From NCBI RefSeq assembly GCF_009914755.1, contig NC_060947.1: a stretch of 64,000 bases of DNA, one strand, 5' to 3'. The notes under the pieces are model-generated. The model saw nothing but the letters and a program-made list of their open reading frames with translations, made no database searches and was not told where the DNA came from. Shown one piece after another: positions 42,752 through 56,129 of the stretch (positions are counted from its first letter, which is position 1; every line of letters begins with the position of its first letter). The position numbers and the translations under genes were made by a program. This stretch comes from the human T2T-CHM13v2.0 reference genome, Homo sapiens.

Positions 42752-43118
42752 TGTCTTAGTCCATTTGTGGCTGCTGCTATAACAAAATACCTTAGAGTGG
42801 GTAATTAAAAGCAACAGAAATGTATTGCTCACAGTTTCTAGAGATTGGGAAGTCCATGATTAAGGGTCTACAGATTCAGTGTCTGGTTAGGGCTTGCTCT
42901 GCCTTACAGATGGCACCTTCTTGCTGAGTCCTCATGTGGTGAAAAGGGCAAACAGGCTTCCTCAAGCCTTTTTTAAAAAGGCACTAATCCCATTCATGAG
43001 GGCTCTGTCCTCATGAACTAACCAAGTCCTAAAGGCTTCACCTCTTAATACTATCACACTGGGGATTTAGTTCCAACATTTAATTTTTGGAGAGATACCA
43101 ATATTGATACCATAGCAA
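42752..43118 (-). mobile_element. MLT1A-like solo LTR
   Basis: tgtcttagtccattt...gctgctataacaaaatacc...ggcactaatcccattcatgaggg...accatagca. Confidence 0.88.
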
Positions 43119-45176
43119 TATGTCTGTATACTAACCCATTTTTGAAAATTTTTAAAAGTAAAATTCACTCTTTGTGTTATACATTTCTATGAGGTTTGAC
43201 AATGCACAGACATGCATCCACAACCACAGAATACAGAATATAATACAGAATAGCTGTAGCCAAGTTCTGTCCCTTTGTAGTAAATTCCTTCTCTACAACT
43301 ACAGTCTCATGCTGGAATTTTGCTTGTGATTGCATTGATTTTATAAATCAGTTTGGGGAGAACTGACATTTTCACAATATTGATTCTATCTCAGAAATGC
43401 AGTATGTGTTTCCATTTATTTAGGTCTCTAATTTCTCTCAGCAATATTTTGTTGTTTTTAGTGCATAGCTCTTTTACATCTTTTGTCAAATTTATTCCTA
43501 AGTACTTAAATATATGTTAATGTTATGGTAAACAGTATTTCTATTTTTGTTTCAGTTTATGATTGTTCATTGCTAATCTGTATAAGTACAGTTTTTATAT
43601 TGATATTTTATCTTCAACCTTACTAAGCCCATTCATTCATTCTTGTTGTTTTTTTGTAGATTGAATTGAATTTTCTACATAAATATTTTCTACATGTTAT
43701 CCACAAATAAAAGATAGTTTAACAACTTTCTTTTCAATCTCAATAACTTTTCTTGCTTTTTCTTGCCTAAATATAGTTGCTATATCCTCTGGCACAATGT
43801 TTCCTGATCTCAGGGGAAAAAAAACTCAGTCTTTCACTATTAAGTATGATGGTAGATGTCTACAGTGTAAGCTTTCAGTGCACTGCCTTCAAATATCAAC
43901 TCTGTCCCCTCTAATTCTGCTTTTGGAGATCCAATTCTGTTGGTATTGAAGGTTATTTGTGGCCTCAAGAATTCTTTTTTAAATGCCACGGTGTCTTGGA
44001 GGGTTCACATATTATGTGGTCTAGAGATATCTCGTATATCAAGTAATACCTAAGCTAGGACACTATCAGGCTGCCTTGAGGGAATAAGGGAAATGTACTG
44101 AAAAAAAAGGAAATAAATGTTGGTGGAGACATGGGTAGCTTCAGTGACACATTTGTTTAATTTTTATTTTGTTTAGACTTAATAAATTCCATTACTTTGG
44201 AAATTGGTAGTTGATGTCTAATATCTTTAAAGTTTAATAACTAAGGGTTTTGGAATCTTTATCACTGGTGATTTTTTGAAAGAGAAGAGATATTATTTAT
44301 TTTTATGGTTCTCTAGACATATTAGACATATACCTTTTAGGAGACAAGGAACCGGGAAGATAATCTCTTGCATTCTCTTCTGGTACTACAATATTGCCAT
44401 CTGTACTTGCCAACACTAAATAAGGATGCTGAATGAAGCTGAGGGTCATATAGCCAAATCAGAGAAGATGGCAACTTGGTCTTTCATACAAATCAATAGA
44501 ACTACCAAAGAGAACAAATCAAATAAAACCTTTGAAGACAAGAAAAGACCAGCACTATCACTGGGCTGCCTCATCGACTGACTTTGGGTTGTCCCCATGA
44601 GGGTGAGGAGAGCAGAGAAGGATAGGGCAGACTACATTGCATGACAGATTCCTGTCCTCAGTGTGTCTGTCTTAGTGAACTCAAAATCTCTTTCAGGCTC
44701 AACTTCATGGGAAGAAGCCACAAAATATAATCCACAGGGACTATAATCTTCCTATCCTGATGGTGGAAGGATTTAATGGGTTGATTGTTTAATTCTACCT
44801 ATGATCACTTATTAATATAGGTATCTGGAACCATCTCCTTCTTCCCCAATAATTTTTTTTCCCTGATACCATGTGTAGGCAAAGATCAGAGCCTGAACAA
44901 TTGCCTAGGTTGGCCATGCCCAAAGCAGGGTTCTGAGGACACTAAACAATGGCCATGGTCTAAAACAATAAATGAGTTGTCTATGTTCTAATCAGTATCC
45001 AAACCATGGAATGGGAGACTACAAAGGTGCATGGAGTTTGAAAGTCCTGTAATAGGGGTGTGTGTAACTAGGATGTGGCAGTATTTCTTGTTTAAGCTGA
45101 ATGGTAGGCTATTTCATCTTCCATTTATGGCTTATGTTAGCATACAGCCAGGCACATCCTGAAGACAAAGGAGAAA

Positions 45177-45475
45177 TTTTTTTTCTTTTTTTGAGACAGA
45201 ATCTCATTCTGTCACCCAGGCTAGAGTGCACTGATGTGATCTTGGGTCACTGCAACCTCCACCTCCCGGCTTCAAGAGATTCTTCTACCTAAGCCTCCCG
45301 AGTAGCTGGGATTACAGGCATGCACCACTACACTCGGCAAATTTTTGTAGTTTTAGTAGAGAGGGGGTTTCGCCATATTGGCCAGGCTGGTTTCAAACTC
45401 CTGACCTCAAGTGATCCGCCTGCCTCGGCCTCCCAAAGTGCTGGGATTACAGACGTGAGCCACCGCACCCGGCCT
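45177..45475 (-). mobile_element. AluS
   Basis: Full dimer, antisense; GGAGAAA repeated at the flanks. Confidence 0.95.
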
Positions 45476-46009
45476 GGAGAAAGTTTTAGATATTATATTG
45501 CTATTACTGAATATTTATATAGCAATAGTTAGAGCTGAAGATGTATGGTATTAGGCTGCCGTAGGATAAGTCAGTCAGTAGCTGTGACCTCTTTATGCCT
45601 TTACATGTTTTGAGGTATTAAAAAAACACTTCAAAATTACTCTCAGATGAACTTAGGCATTTTTTTTCATAGATTTTAAATAAGTAGGTCTCAAGTAAGA
45701 ATAGAAAATATAAAGCAAGCTGCAGTCACCTTCCACATGATCACCTTGTGGGTTTTGCTTTTGCCATTACTATTGTTACTCTGTATTCCTGGGGATGTAG
45801 ATTCAGCACTCAAGATTCGCTGTTTTCTGTCAGTTTCCTTGTTCCCAATTAGGATACAGTCATTAGAATGATTCCAGGAGGTGTCTTTATTTGCAAGGTC
45901 ACATGATTAAATCTATGAGGCATCACGTTTCATCTAGATCACTGACATTAGTTTTCAATCAGAATTTTTTTTATCAGCCATTAATAAAGCAGATGAAGTT
46001 CATATAGAA

Positions 46010-46190
46010 CAGCATTTCTTAAAGCTTGGTAAGAGGTCCACCTACTATAGAATCACCTAAAAGCCTTATTAATGTAAATTTCTAGGCTCCACTCCAGACC
46101 TGCAAAATCAGAATTTCTGGGTATGGGTCCCAGGAATCTACATTTTTAACAAACTGACCATAGATCTCTGTTGCAAGCTAACAATTTCTT
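46010..46190. mobile_element. MER5-family hAT MITE
   Basis: agaatcacct...ctccagacctgcaaaatcagaatttctggg...ccaggaatctacatttttaacaa. Confidence 0.8.
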
Positions 46191-46224
46191 AAAGCACATC
46201 TTTAGAACTAGTTTTTAAGATGTT

Positions 46225-46352
46225 TCCCCAGTTTTATTAAGGCATAACTGACAAATAAAAATCGTACATATCTGCAACGTAAAACATGTTTTGATAATGC
46301 ATACACTGTGAAATAATTAAATCAAGATAATTAACATATTCATCACCTCACA
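46225..46352 (-). mobile_element. L1MA 3' tip
   Basis: cagttttattaaggcataactgacaaataaaaatcgtacata...attaacatattcatcacctcacata. Confidence 0.8.
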
Positions 46353-46668
46353 TAGAACTACTTATTTTTTATAAAGAAAAGAATCTTCTGTGTACAAATC
46401 AGTACATTTCTTGTTAATCTTAAATATTTCCAGGTATATCATCTTCTAACCTTGGATTTAACCTTAGAGTTGCATTTTGGTTCAGTGCTCATTTAATTTG
46501 CTAACATCTTCTCTTGGGGTGGGATCCCTAAAAAAAACAGCTCTGGCTGCAGTACTTCAGTGCCGTTTGGAGTCAAATTGCCTCTAGTCGCTCCTTTTAG
46601 CTCCAGCTGCTTAACTCCATTATAGTCAGAGTGGGTATATTTATTTAATCTGTTACTGCTGGTTAAAG

Positions 46669-46854
46669 CAGTGGTTCTTCCACTTGAGGGTGCATCATTT
46701 TCACCTGGAAGGCTCGTTAAAACACAAATTGCTGAGCCCTGTCCCCAGAGTTTCTGATTCAGTAGATCTGAGGAGGGACCACATAATTTGCATTTCTGAT
46801 AGGTTCCTGAGTAATGTTACTGCATGTATGGGGATCATACTTTGAGAACCACTG
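46669..46854. mobile_element. MER5A hAT MITE
   Basis: TIRs cagtggttct ... agaaccactg; agagtttctgattcagtagatctg. Confidence 0.88.
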
Positions 46855-46904
46855 AGTTCTCAAAGGAAAAAACGTAGGCTGCCTGCCTAAGATTTGGACC
46901 AGCT

Positions 46905-47088
46905 AAAAATGGCTCTCAAACCTGACTGCACATTGGAATCACCTAGGAAGCGTAAACAACATACTAGTGCCTGGGACTTGCTCCGGATTAATTAAATCAG
47001 AATAACTGGAAGTGAAGCCTAGGTATGAGTGTCTCTTAATATCCCCAGGTGATTCTAATGTGAATTCAATGTTACATCCCACTTTGCT
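46905..47088. mobile_element. MER5B-like hAT MITE
   Basis: gactgcacattggaatcacctagg...ccccaggtgattctaatgtg. Confidence 0.8.
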
Positions 47089-47839
47089 AGAAGCTCCAGG
47101 CCAAACGCTCTTCTGTTCCTCCACATATCTCCCATGTAGCTGAATAACAAATGGAAAAGGTGAAAAACCCCTGCAGCCATTACTTCCTCCCTAGGACAAG
47201 TTCCCTCACTTAACTATATTGCTAAAGGCCAATCTTGATTTCTAATCCCAAATATGACCTGTTTTCAAGGCTCCTGATGCTTGATCAGGGTGACATTGTG
47301 CATCAGCATGCTCTTCCCCTCCTTCTCTGTATCTATGGTTCTACAAGTCCTTTTTTTTTCCTGTAGCAATAAGCCATTCATCATCAGACCTATTATCCTG
47401 AAGGGTTCTGTTCAGGAGCTCTTTTCCTTTAGAATGTTTGCAACAGGTGATGTTTCGAACTTCTTCATTTATAGCATCCTACTTAACTGGAGTGTGTCAA
47501 GCAAATGACACTAGTTGGAATACCTCAATTATTGTACATTCATTATGAGCACAGGAGCAATACTTTTTGATCATGATGGATCCTTCTTAATTACTCTATT
47601 TTGTAGACTGGAAAAATCATTTTGCCATGAAAAGAATATTTTCAGAGAGCTCTATCGATGCTTAATTCACCAGAGTGAATTAATGTCAGGGTGTGAGTGG
47701 GGTGGAGAACAAGTTCTTCCCTGACTTTCTCTGGACTAATCTAGAATGAAAGTTCATTTGGAAAGGGGACTTCACAGACACAGTCAAGGGGGATGTTGAG
47801 AAGGAGTCAAGTTGAGTCTCTAAGTTTCTTTTCTCTTTC

Positions 47840-49110
47840 TTGTATTCAACAAATATTTGCTGAGGGTCTACTGTGCAGGCACTGTTTTAGGTGCTGGGGA
47901 TACAGTAGTGGACTAGGTAAAGTTTCTGCCTTTATGGCAATGACATTCTATTGGTTAGTGTGTGAGGAGGAGACATTAAAAGTGTAAACAAGTAAAAAAA
48001 GTGTCTATATAATTTTTAGTTGTGATAAGTGCTATGACGAAAAGAAGTGGGGCAATGGGATAGAGAATACACTGGGAATGGGGACAGACACTTGTTCCTT
48101 TACCTAGGGAAAAAGAAACTCTGTGAAAGTGACATCTGAACTGAGACCTGAATGATGAGAAAGAAGGAATCCCAGCAGAAGAAACAAGTGTAAATTCAAG
48201 GGACACACCCTCAAAAAAAGCCAACAAGCAAAGGAGAGAGCAGTCTCAAGCCAAATCATATATGCGCTTGTAGGCTGTGCTAAAGAGTTTGAATTTTATT
48301 ACAAGTTCAATGAGAAGGCACTGTGGGATGTTTTAAGCAGAGGAATCAAATTGCTTGACTATTGATTTTAAAACGATCACTCTGGCTGCCGCATGAAGAG
48401 TGGTCTCCAGAAATGGTGGCAAGAGTGAATTCAGGGAGATCAGATTGGAGGCTGTTGTGGTAATTTAGGCCAAAGATAATGCTGGCTTAGCCTAAGATTT
48501 TAGCAATGCAGGGGGTGAGAATTAGGCAAATTTGTGAAGATTGCGAATTTTGGAGGCATAACAAGACATGCTGATGAATTGGAGATGGGATGGAAGGAAG
48601 AGAGAAAGGTGCCTGTTTTTGGTTTGAACAACTTGGGGGAAGTTGGGAGCATTTACTGAAATGAGGAACAATAGGGAAAGGAAAAAATTTGGGAGGGAAA
48701 TCAGAAATTCTATTATGATCACATTTACTTTGAGATAGGCCTATAACATAGTAAAGATGCTGAGTTGGCATCGCAATTCTGGAGCCCAGGAAAGAGCTTT
48801 TGGGCTGGAGATAATACATTTATGATTTTTGAACATACGGAGATAATTTAAAATCTGAGTGAGTTAGACAGTTAGCATAGAAGAGGGAAGAGAGATCTGA
48901 AGCCCGAGCTCTGAGGCAATCCAAAGGCTAATGGTCAGGGAAATGAGGAGGAAGCAGGGAAATGAGGAGGAAGCAGGAGGTCAGTGAGGTAGGAGGACAA
49001 ATCAGTGAGTGTGTTTCCCTGAAATATTAATGAATCAAGTGAATCCAGGAGGAGGGGATGGTCAATTGTGTCAGGTCATGCAGACAAGTTCTGCTGAAAG
49101 ACCTGCGCTG
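47840..49110 (-). mobile_element. L2a
   Basis: attcaacaaatatttgctgagggtctactgtgcaggcactgttttaggtgctggggatacag; gtgacatctgaactgagacctgaatgatgag; gatcactctggctgc. Confidence 0.9.
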
Positions 49111-49192
49111 AGAGAGTGTGATGTATGGAAAAGAATGCTGGCTTGCAACGCAGAGAACTTCAGTTTTAAGGACTAACTGGAACTACTGTATA

Positions 49193-49234
49193 ATCATCAT
49201 CATTATTATCACTATCATCATCATCATCATCATC
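49193..49234. repeat. (ATC/ATT)n microsatellite at a MIR tail
   Basis: atcatcatcattattatcactatcatcatcatcatcatcatc. Confidence 0.9.
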
Positions 49235-49425
49235 AAAATGGTAATAGTAAGCAATATTTGTCCATATCTAGTATGTTTCAGGCATTGTGCTAAGTGTTTG
49301 CCTGCATTATTTCAATGAATCCTCCCAACAACCAGATGAGGTACACACTATTATTCTCGTTTCAGAGATGGGGGAGCTGAGTGAGGCTCGCAGATGTACA
49401 GTCCCTTGCTCCAAAGTCACACAGT
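49235..49425 (-). mobile_element. MIR
   Basis: caggcattgtgctaagtgttt...aatcctcccaacaaccagatgaggt...tttcagagatggggg. Confidence 0.85.
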
Positions 49426-50001
49426 GTGATCTGGGCCAAATTATTTCCCTTCTTTGAGGGAATTTCTCTCGTCTCTAAAATGAGCAAGTGAATTACTTTA
49501 CTTTTTTTTTCAGCAACGATACCCTCTCATCTCAAACAAAAGTAAGTACAGAAACTCAGTTCATAAAACAGCAGAGTTGCACTGTTTCAAGCTTGAGTGT
49601 AGGATCTGTAGTCCTATCTACCGAACTGGACTTCTCTCCCCTCTTCCCCTTCTCTGCCCTGTGGCTTGCAAAGCACTCAACTGGATGGATTCTATGTGAA
49701 TTTCAGCTTTTAGAATCCTAGAATTCAGATTCTCAGCTACCCCCTCCCCCTTGTGACCAAGTGCTGAAATTACAGCGTGGTTGGTCAGTGTTAGGAAATT
49801 CTGTGGCTCTGGATCACAGACCACAGAGCCACTAGTCCATATGGGACAGAGTTGTGGCCACTGCACTTCAGTGAACTGGTCACAATGTAAGCTCCTCACT
49901 GCTCCCATTTTGAAGTAAACCTCTGGGTGAATACAGCCCAATACCATACCTTAAAACAAATTGGGTTTATCTGACTGATTAAAAAAGAATCAAATGGCTC
50001 T

Positions 50002-50195
50002 GGCCTGGGTGTTGTGGCTCACACCTGTAATCCCAGCACTTTGGGAGGCCGAGATGGGTGGATCACTTGACGTCACGAGTTCAAGACCAGCCTGGCCAAC
50101 ATGGTGAAAACCCATCTTTACTAAAAAATACAAAAAATTAGCCAGGTGTGGTGGGGTGCACCTGTAATCTCAGTTACTTGGGAGGCTGAGGCAGG
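50002..50195 (+). mobile_element. 3'-deleted AluS (no tail)
   Basis: Left arm and part of right arm, ending at ggaggctgaggcagg. Confidence 0.92.
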
Positions 50196-50199
50196 CTCT

Positions 50200-50430
50200 T
50201 CATCATCTCTTTAGGAAAACCTGTCTTTATGTAGCCTGTAAAAGTCAGACCTCCCCCTCTCTATGTGTTCCCTGAACTCTCTTCCTAACCCCACCATAGT
50301 CTTTGCCACATTGGGTGGTAATTCATCATCTGATTACAAGTCTATTTTCTCCACTAGTTGGAATCACATTCACCTTTCTGTCACATTCACCTAGCACAGG
50401 ACCTGGTCAGCCAACATACATTGAATGAAT
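50200..50430 (+). mobile_element. L2 3' end
   Basis: cacctagcacaggacctgg...ttgaatgaat. Confidence 0.65.
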
Positions 50431-50959
50431 AACAGACTCTCCTTTTGGGGAGAAGGTGCTTGTAAGAATGGGAAGAGCATTATTTGACAGATATCACAGG
50501 ATCTTGGTGCTTCCTGCTCATTTGCTGTTCAGTGGAATATTTTGTCTCTGGAAACTTGCTCTGTACAGTGATGTGAACTTGGGATTCCTTCAAACCTATT
50601 AACATGCCACAACCAAGCAGAAATACGTGTTCCTCTTCTCCCAATGTGATCTAACTGCCATGTGACTGAGTGCAAAAAAAAAAAAAAAAAATCTGGGTTT
50701 GATCTCAGAGCTCCAGCTATGCTAATGGAATGAAATACAGGCAATAGCCTGCAAGGGAGAACACTGATATTTGTTCTGATATGCTTCAGGGGATGGAGCA
50801 GGGCCACAATTTAATTCCTGACAGTTCAGAGGCCTTATGTAGTTGGAAACTGAAAATACTCACTGAAAATGCCAAGTAATGTCAAGTCTGAGGAGTTTGA
50901 CCTACTGGTCAGAATGGAAACCTCAGATAAAGATACATATCCTCCCTTCACCTGCAGCA

Positions 50960-51190
50960 GCACAATAAGGCAGAGAGAACAGAGTCTCTGTATACTTTTG
51001 ACCTGGGTTTGAAACCCAGTTCTGAATAGTTCTAGGCATGAGACTTTTTGATAGTTACTCGATTTCTCTGAGTGTTACTTTCCTCTTCTATAAAATGAGA
51101 ATAATAATATCTATCTTGATAAGTTAGTGTGAGAATTTTGCGTGGTTGTATAAAGGGCCTGGCACATAGTAACTTCTCAATTTGTGATAG
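50960..51190 (+). mobile_element. MIR
   Basis: gacctgggtttgaaacccagttctg...tttcctcttctataaaatgagaataataatatc. Confidence 0.82.
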
Positions 51191-51499
51191 CATAAAATAA
51201 TTAAACTTCTTTTACCTGTGCCAGAAGCAGTCCTTTCGTCTCATCCCATTGATGTGTCATTTCCACTAAGGACCTCAGGTAGAGGGAGTGGGTGTTAATG
51301 GTGCCTCTAAGGACAAGGGGGGAAGGCAGTCTCCTATCCCTCAGGTATCTTAGAATCTCCTGTATCTGTCTGTATATGGAAGTATATGTATTTTCACTGG
51401 TTAAACAATTTAGTCATTTTTTTCTCCTGGAAAGAAAAGAAAACCCAGCTGATTATTACTTTAGCTTAGTGTATAAGAGGAATCATTTGCTTGTTTTCT

Positions 51500-52560
51500 T
51501 GTTACTTCCTTTAACAGATATTTAATAGGTGCCTGCTATGAGTGAGACCTTTTTCGAGGCACTAGGGATAGAAGAGAGACAACAGTTCTCACTTTCCTAC
51601 AGCTGACAGTCTTTTTGAGGGAAATAGACAATAAAAATGATAAGTAAAATATATTATTATATGTGAGATGATGATAAGTGCTAGGAAAAGAAATAAAGCA
51701 GGAAGAGGTGATAGGAAGTATTACATCAGAAGTATCTTAAGTGACAAAGTTACAGTTTTAGATAGACCAGAGAAGGGATCACTGAGAAGGTGAGATTTGA
51801 GTAAAAGGCTGAAGGACACACAAATATCTGGGGAAGAACATTCTAGGCAGAGGGTATAGGACAAGCACAAAGGCCCTCAAGCAGGAGAATGACTGGTGCA
51901 TGTACAGGGTAGCAAAGGGGCCAGCATGGCAGAAGTTGAGTAAACAACAGAAGCAATAGTAGGAACACCTTTGATATTGAACCCTTTGCTCATCATTTCC
52001 TGCTCTTGTTCATTCAGCAACTATTATCAAGTACCTACTATGTGCTAGGCATTGTGCTAGGTACTGGTATAAGGTGCAATGAATAAGGCAGATGGTGTTT
52101 CTGCCTTCATATGGAGTTTACAGTCAGTCTAGTGGGAGGAGAAAAGAATAATTACATTTCAGGTGGTGAGACATGCTAAAAAGAAAAATGAAACAAGGCA
52201 AGGGGGAAAGGGAAATCTGGGGTGAGGGTTAGTCACTATTTTAAGAAGTAAGGTGGACAGAAAAGCCCTTTCTAAGAAGGTGATATTTAAGTAGAGAAAT
52301 GAAGAAAGTAAGAGAGCCAGCTTTGGGGATTTCTGGTAGACGATTGTTTCTAGATAGAGGGAGCAACCAATGACCAATATAAAGGATATTAGGCTGGAAC
52401 GTGCTTGTGTGTTTTAAGAACAGTGAGGAGGCCAGTGTGGTGGGAGCAGCATGAGCCAGGTGGAGGATGGCAGAAGGTGAGGTCAGAAAAATAGTGGGTG
52501 GAAGGGGAATGCTAGCCTGTAAACCTTGTGGTCATTGTAAGGAGTTTGGCTTTTTATTTA
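51500..52560 (-). mobile_element. Two adjacent L2 3' fragments (51500-51965, 52008-52560)
   Basis: aacagatatttaataggtgcctgctatg; ttcattcagcaactattatcaagtacctactatgtgctaggc. Confidence 0.85.
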
Positions 52561-52924
52561 TCTGCTGAAATAAATGATGGTGATCCTCTAAGAAAATGCT
52601 TGTCTGTATTGGAGTTGGAGATTTCTTTCTCTCTGGAAAGAGCAGAGGGAATGGAGAAGACAGGAATCTTAAAGAGATTAAAAAACACGGCAGAGACCTA
52701 GGAAGTGGATCGATCTCTTTTTAATTATCCCAACCAATTGGTTCTGACTGAGATGAATTGCCGTCTCACCTGTCCAGACACAACTATTGTGAGGTCCCAC
52801 TTTCCTTTCTTTTATTTTCCCTTTTCTTTGCTTTTTCTTCTTTTCTTTTTTACCCCTTCCCTTTAAATCTGCTGAAATTCAAGAGGAAAAATATACAAAT
52901 GTTCAGTAATGGTGGCATGTAAGA

Positions 52925-53113
52925 TTATGATTTTTAAAATTTTCAGAGTAAAAAATCCCATTGAAAATCTGATACAATCTATGAAATCTCTGTATTTAGA
53001 AAAGCACCTATGGACATATGCATGTGAATTGTTGCTTAGTATTTGCATAGATTCATAGACCTCCTCAGTACCCACAGCCCATCCATGGATGGAATTCCGG
53101 TTAAATAACTGTG
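52925..53113. mobile_element. MER103C-like hAT MITE
   Basis: ccattgaaaatctgatacaatctatgaaatc...cagcccatccatgga...ggttaaataactgtg. Confidence 0.65.
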
Positions 53114-54754
53114 CAAAGAGATCAGCCAGGGTTTTTGCTTTAATAGAGGCAAATGTAGGACATGGAGAACTATGAGAGGAAATAGTAGAGAACCACTACT
53201 CTCTTAGCATTAATTGAGGTTATTTTCCCACCTATCCATTTTCTCTGGACTCAGAAAAGCACTGTTTGTTTCTGCTCTTCTTGTCACTGACCATCTGGTT
53301 TACACAAGAGACTTGTAGAGGGAGATCAGGCAGGAGCTTCTGAGGATCCCTCTTTCTCTCCTTCCCATGGAAAAGAGATCTAGCCACGCTGTCTGAAATA
53401 AAGTCAAGAAACAGAGGAGTGGTCACAGTACATCAAAGAATTTAAATCTCCTCCTTTTATAACTTTTCCAAATGGAAGGATATCATTCTCAACCAGGTTC
53501 AGGCACACAAGACAGTTTCAGACTGGCTGTGAATACTGATATCAGTGCACGGTCTCACAGAGCATGGTCTCACATTGGGGATACATTTTATTTTTTGTCT
53601 AGAAGCTTCCTTTTTTGTGCATATATTTAAGCCTCTCAGCAAATATTCAATGGAAAAAGCTCAAGGCCGAGCCAAAGGCAATTATGAAGCACTTATAGAG
53701 TTGGAGACTGACAAGTGGTAATTATTTGGAGATGCTTATTTTCCTTGTCTTTCCACTCCTCTCCCCAACTCCATCCCACAACCTGGTGTGCACTAACCAT
53801 TCAGTTTATATTGGCTCATTACCAAAATCTGCCTTTATCATGTCAATGTTGTGTAGAGAAATATCAGTAACAAAAACATTTGTGCTACTCCTCCAGCAAT
53901 GAAGTTAGCTAGAAGTTTAATGATTTCATGTCAGTGCTGAATGTCTTTTCACTATTTCCATTCATTAGTCTCTCAGAAGAGGGAGAAAGAGATTTGATGA
54001 TGTTCAGTTTGCCCTATACGTTCCCCTGGAAGTAAGGTGAGTTTAATTTATTCCTACAGTCTCACCTTTTGTCCCCTCAGCATGGAAGGCGTTCATGCTG
54101 CTTTAATCCGTTCAAAGCAATGACTAATCTAACTATTTTTCAGCAATTCTGTTTCAAGCCCTGACCCCATAGCTCCTTTGATCACAAAGTTTTCATGTTG
54201 ACAGCCATGCATGTTTACAAATGGAATGCTACAGGGAAACAAAGGAAGGGGAAGTAGCCCCTGTGGGACAACACAGTTGTTCATGTGCTTATTGAGAGTC
54301 TGATTAAATTCAAAATACAAAATACCATTTGGGAGCGGGGCAGTTCTATCTGTCAGATTTCTAGGCTTCCAAGGACAAGTCAGAAATAACAACAGGATAA
54401 CGTTATGATAACTTGACCGGGATACTTTCTTCTGTAGTTGAAATGTTGAAATGAGAGGGCTACCTTCAGACTAGGCCTAGGAGGAACAAGCAAAACAGCC
54501 ATAGTTACCCCTAACAGCTTTGCAGGATATAGTACTACGATCTTCAGGGCTGTAAATTGGGCTGAGGTAGGAATGAAAGTTTCTAATTTTTGCACAACAT
54601 TCTACGACTTGAAATGTGCCATGAAATCATTTCATTCTTGACTCCAGATTTCAGTGGTTAGTGGCTAACATAGATTTAAAGTGGACTTTGAAAAGCATTT
54701 CGGAAACTCAATGGAAGTTTGTATAGTTGGGAGCTTGGAGAATAATGATTATTC

Positions 54755-54880
54755 CTCACTAGACTGTAACCTCTATAATGGTGGACCTGTGTCTGTTTAT
54801 GTTCACCAATGTATCCACAAGACCTAGTTGTAGTGCCTGGCCCATCATAGCTTTCTACTATATAATTATTGGATGAATGA
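54755..54880 (+). mobile_element. L2 3' tip
   Basis: ctagactgtaacctcta...gttcaccaatgtatcc...tagtgcctggcccatcatag...ggatgaatga. Confidence 0.8.
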
Positions 54881-56129
54881 CTTACCGCCCTGATAGCAAC
54901 TTGACCTTTTCTCCTCTTCTGCTCTGTCACACATTTAGGAAGGAAACTATTGTTCTCTAGATAAACACAGCTAGGTAGTAGTCCCGTTAAAGAAGTTTGG
55001 AAGAATTGGCCTCTGCCTGCTTCATGTCCTATAAACTTTCTGACATATTTTCCCAACAGGTTTATACTACCCTTTTCTCCACTAGAGCGCTAGGCTTAAT
55101 AAACGTAAGGCTTTAGGTCTTTATTGTATTTTTTTCAATAAAGTTCTGTTCTTTCAAACCATTTGACATAGGTTCTTCTGTTACATCAAAGTCTTACTAG
55201 CTTTAAGGAAGATGCCTTAGGAAGTTACATGAACTTATTCATGTCCCTCATATCTCCATAGGTTCTTAAAGATCCTAAGCAAAAGCCTATAAACTCTGCC
55301 CTAGTTGCCTAAAAGCATTCTAGAGTGCTTAATTTATAGCCAGGTACAACAATTGTTTATGTATCTGAAGTCCAAACCATGGAAAAGGTCAAATAAATAA
55401 TAAATAATTTGTTGGCATTTTCTGCCCTCTATTTTGATGAAAAAGAGTAAACAATCTGACATCAGAATTGATTTTCTTTGAACACAATATCCAGGACTTG
55501 GGACTTAGTGCATATTCTGTCCAAGTTTCTAAAACTGGTTATATCTCTAGTACTGGATGATGAGAAATTATGTTCTCCATGGGAACATTAAAGCCATAAA
55601 CAGAAACCAATCACTGAAGAAAAAATAGTCATTCATAGTAGATTTTCTGCTTTCCATGTAATTGTTATATCCTGATTATTTGACAAATGTCAATTTATGT
55701 AAAGTAGGAAGAGCTGATAACTTTTAGCTGCCCAGAGTGATCAATTAAGAAATATTCCATTTCCCAATCAATCAAAGTGAATAAATGAAAGTTGATTGTT
55801 GAGACATTTTTGTCATACTTTTTACATTTTTATTTACTGACTATTTAAGGTTCTTTTATTTCCCTCTGAGATAATTTGCTGTCTGCAAGAATTTTGACTA
55901 TGCATCCACGATCCAAACATTTAGGCTTTCTGTAAGCTAATATAATAACAGAAAAATAAGTGCAATTTCCCATACAAGTATTCATTTTCAGAAAAGTGAG
56001 ACTTCTTTCAAGTGTGTGTTTGGCTGTTTCAGTATAGAATGACCTAGATAATCCCAAAGTATATATTTTTACACAAAAAATAGGTAGAGGAAACTAGGTA
56101 CCATAATTTCTAGATTTTCTTTTTGTACC

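Larger units (their letters stand above)
41090..43300 (-). mobile_element. L1MC3/L1MD-like long 3'UTR
   Basis: taatgttaacatcttacataaccatggtaca...aagaaattaacattggtacaatactattaact; gcactacaagatgctccagg. Confidence 0.8.
36890..43860 (-). mobile_element. L1MC-like element (pieces 36890-38356, 40940-41070, ~43310-43860) hosting nested insertions
   Basis: 3' end tttaaaaaatagctttatagaggcataattga; ORF2 antisense continues collinearly across the inserts. Confidence 0.75.

Noticed and set aside
49803-49832. 9-bp hairpin GTGGCTCTG...CAGAGCCAC
   Set aside because: Too short to support an ncRNA call; expected by chance in 64 kb.
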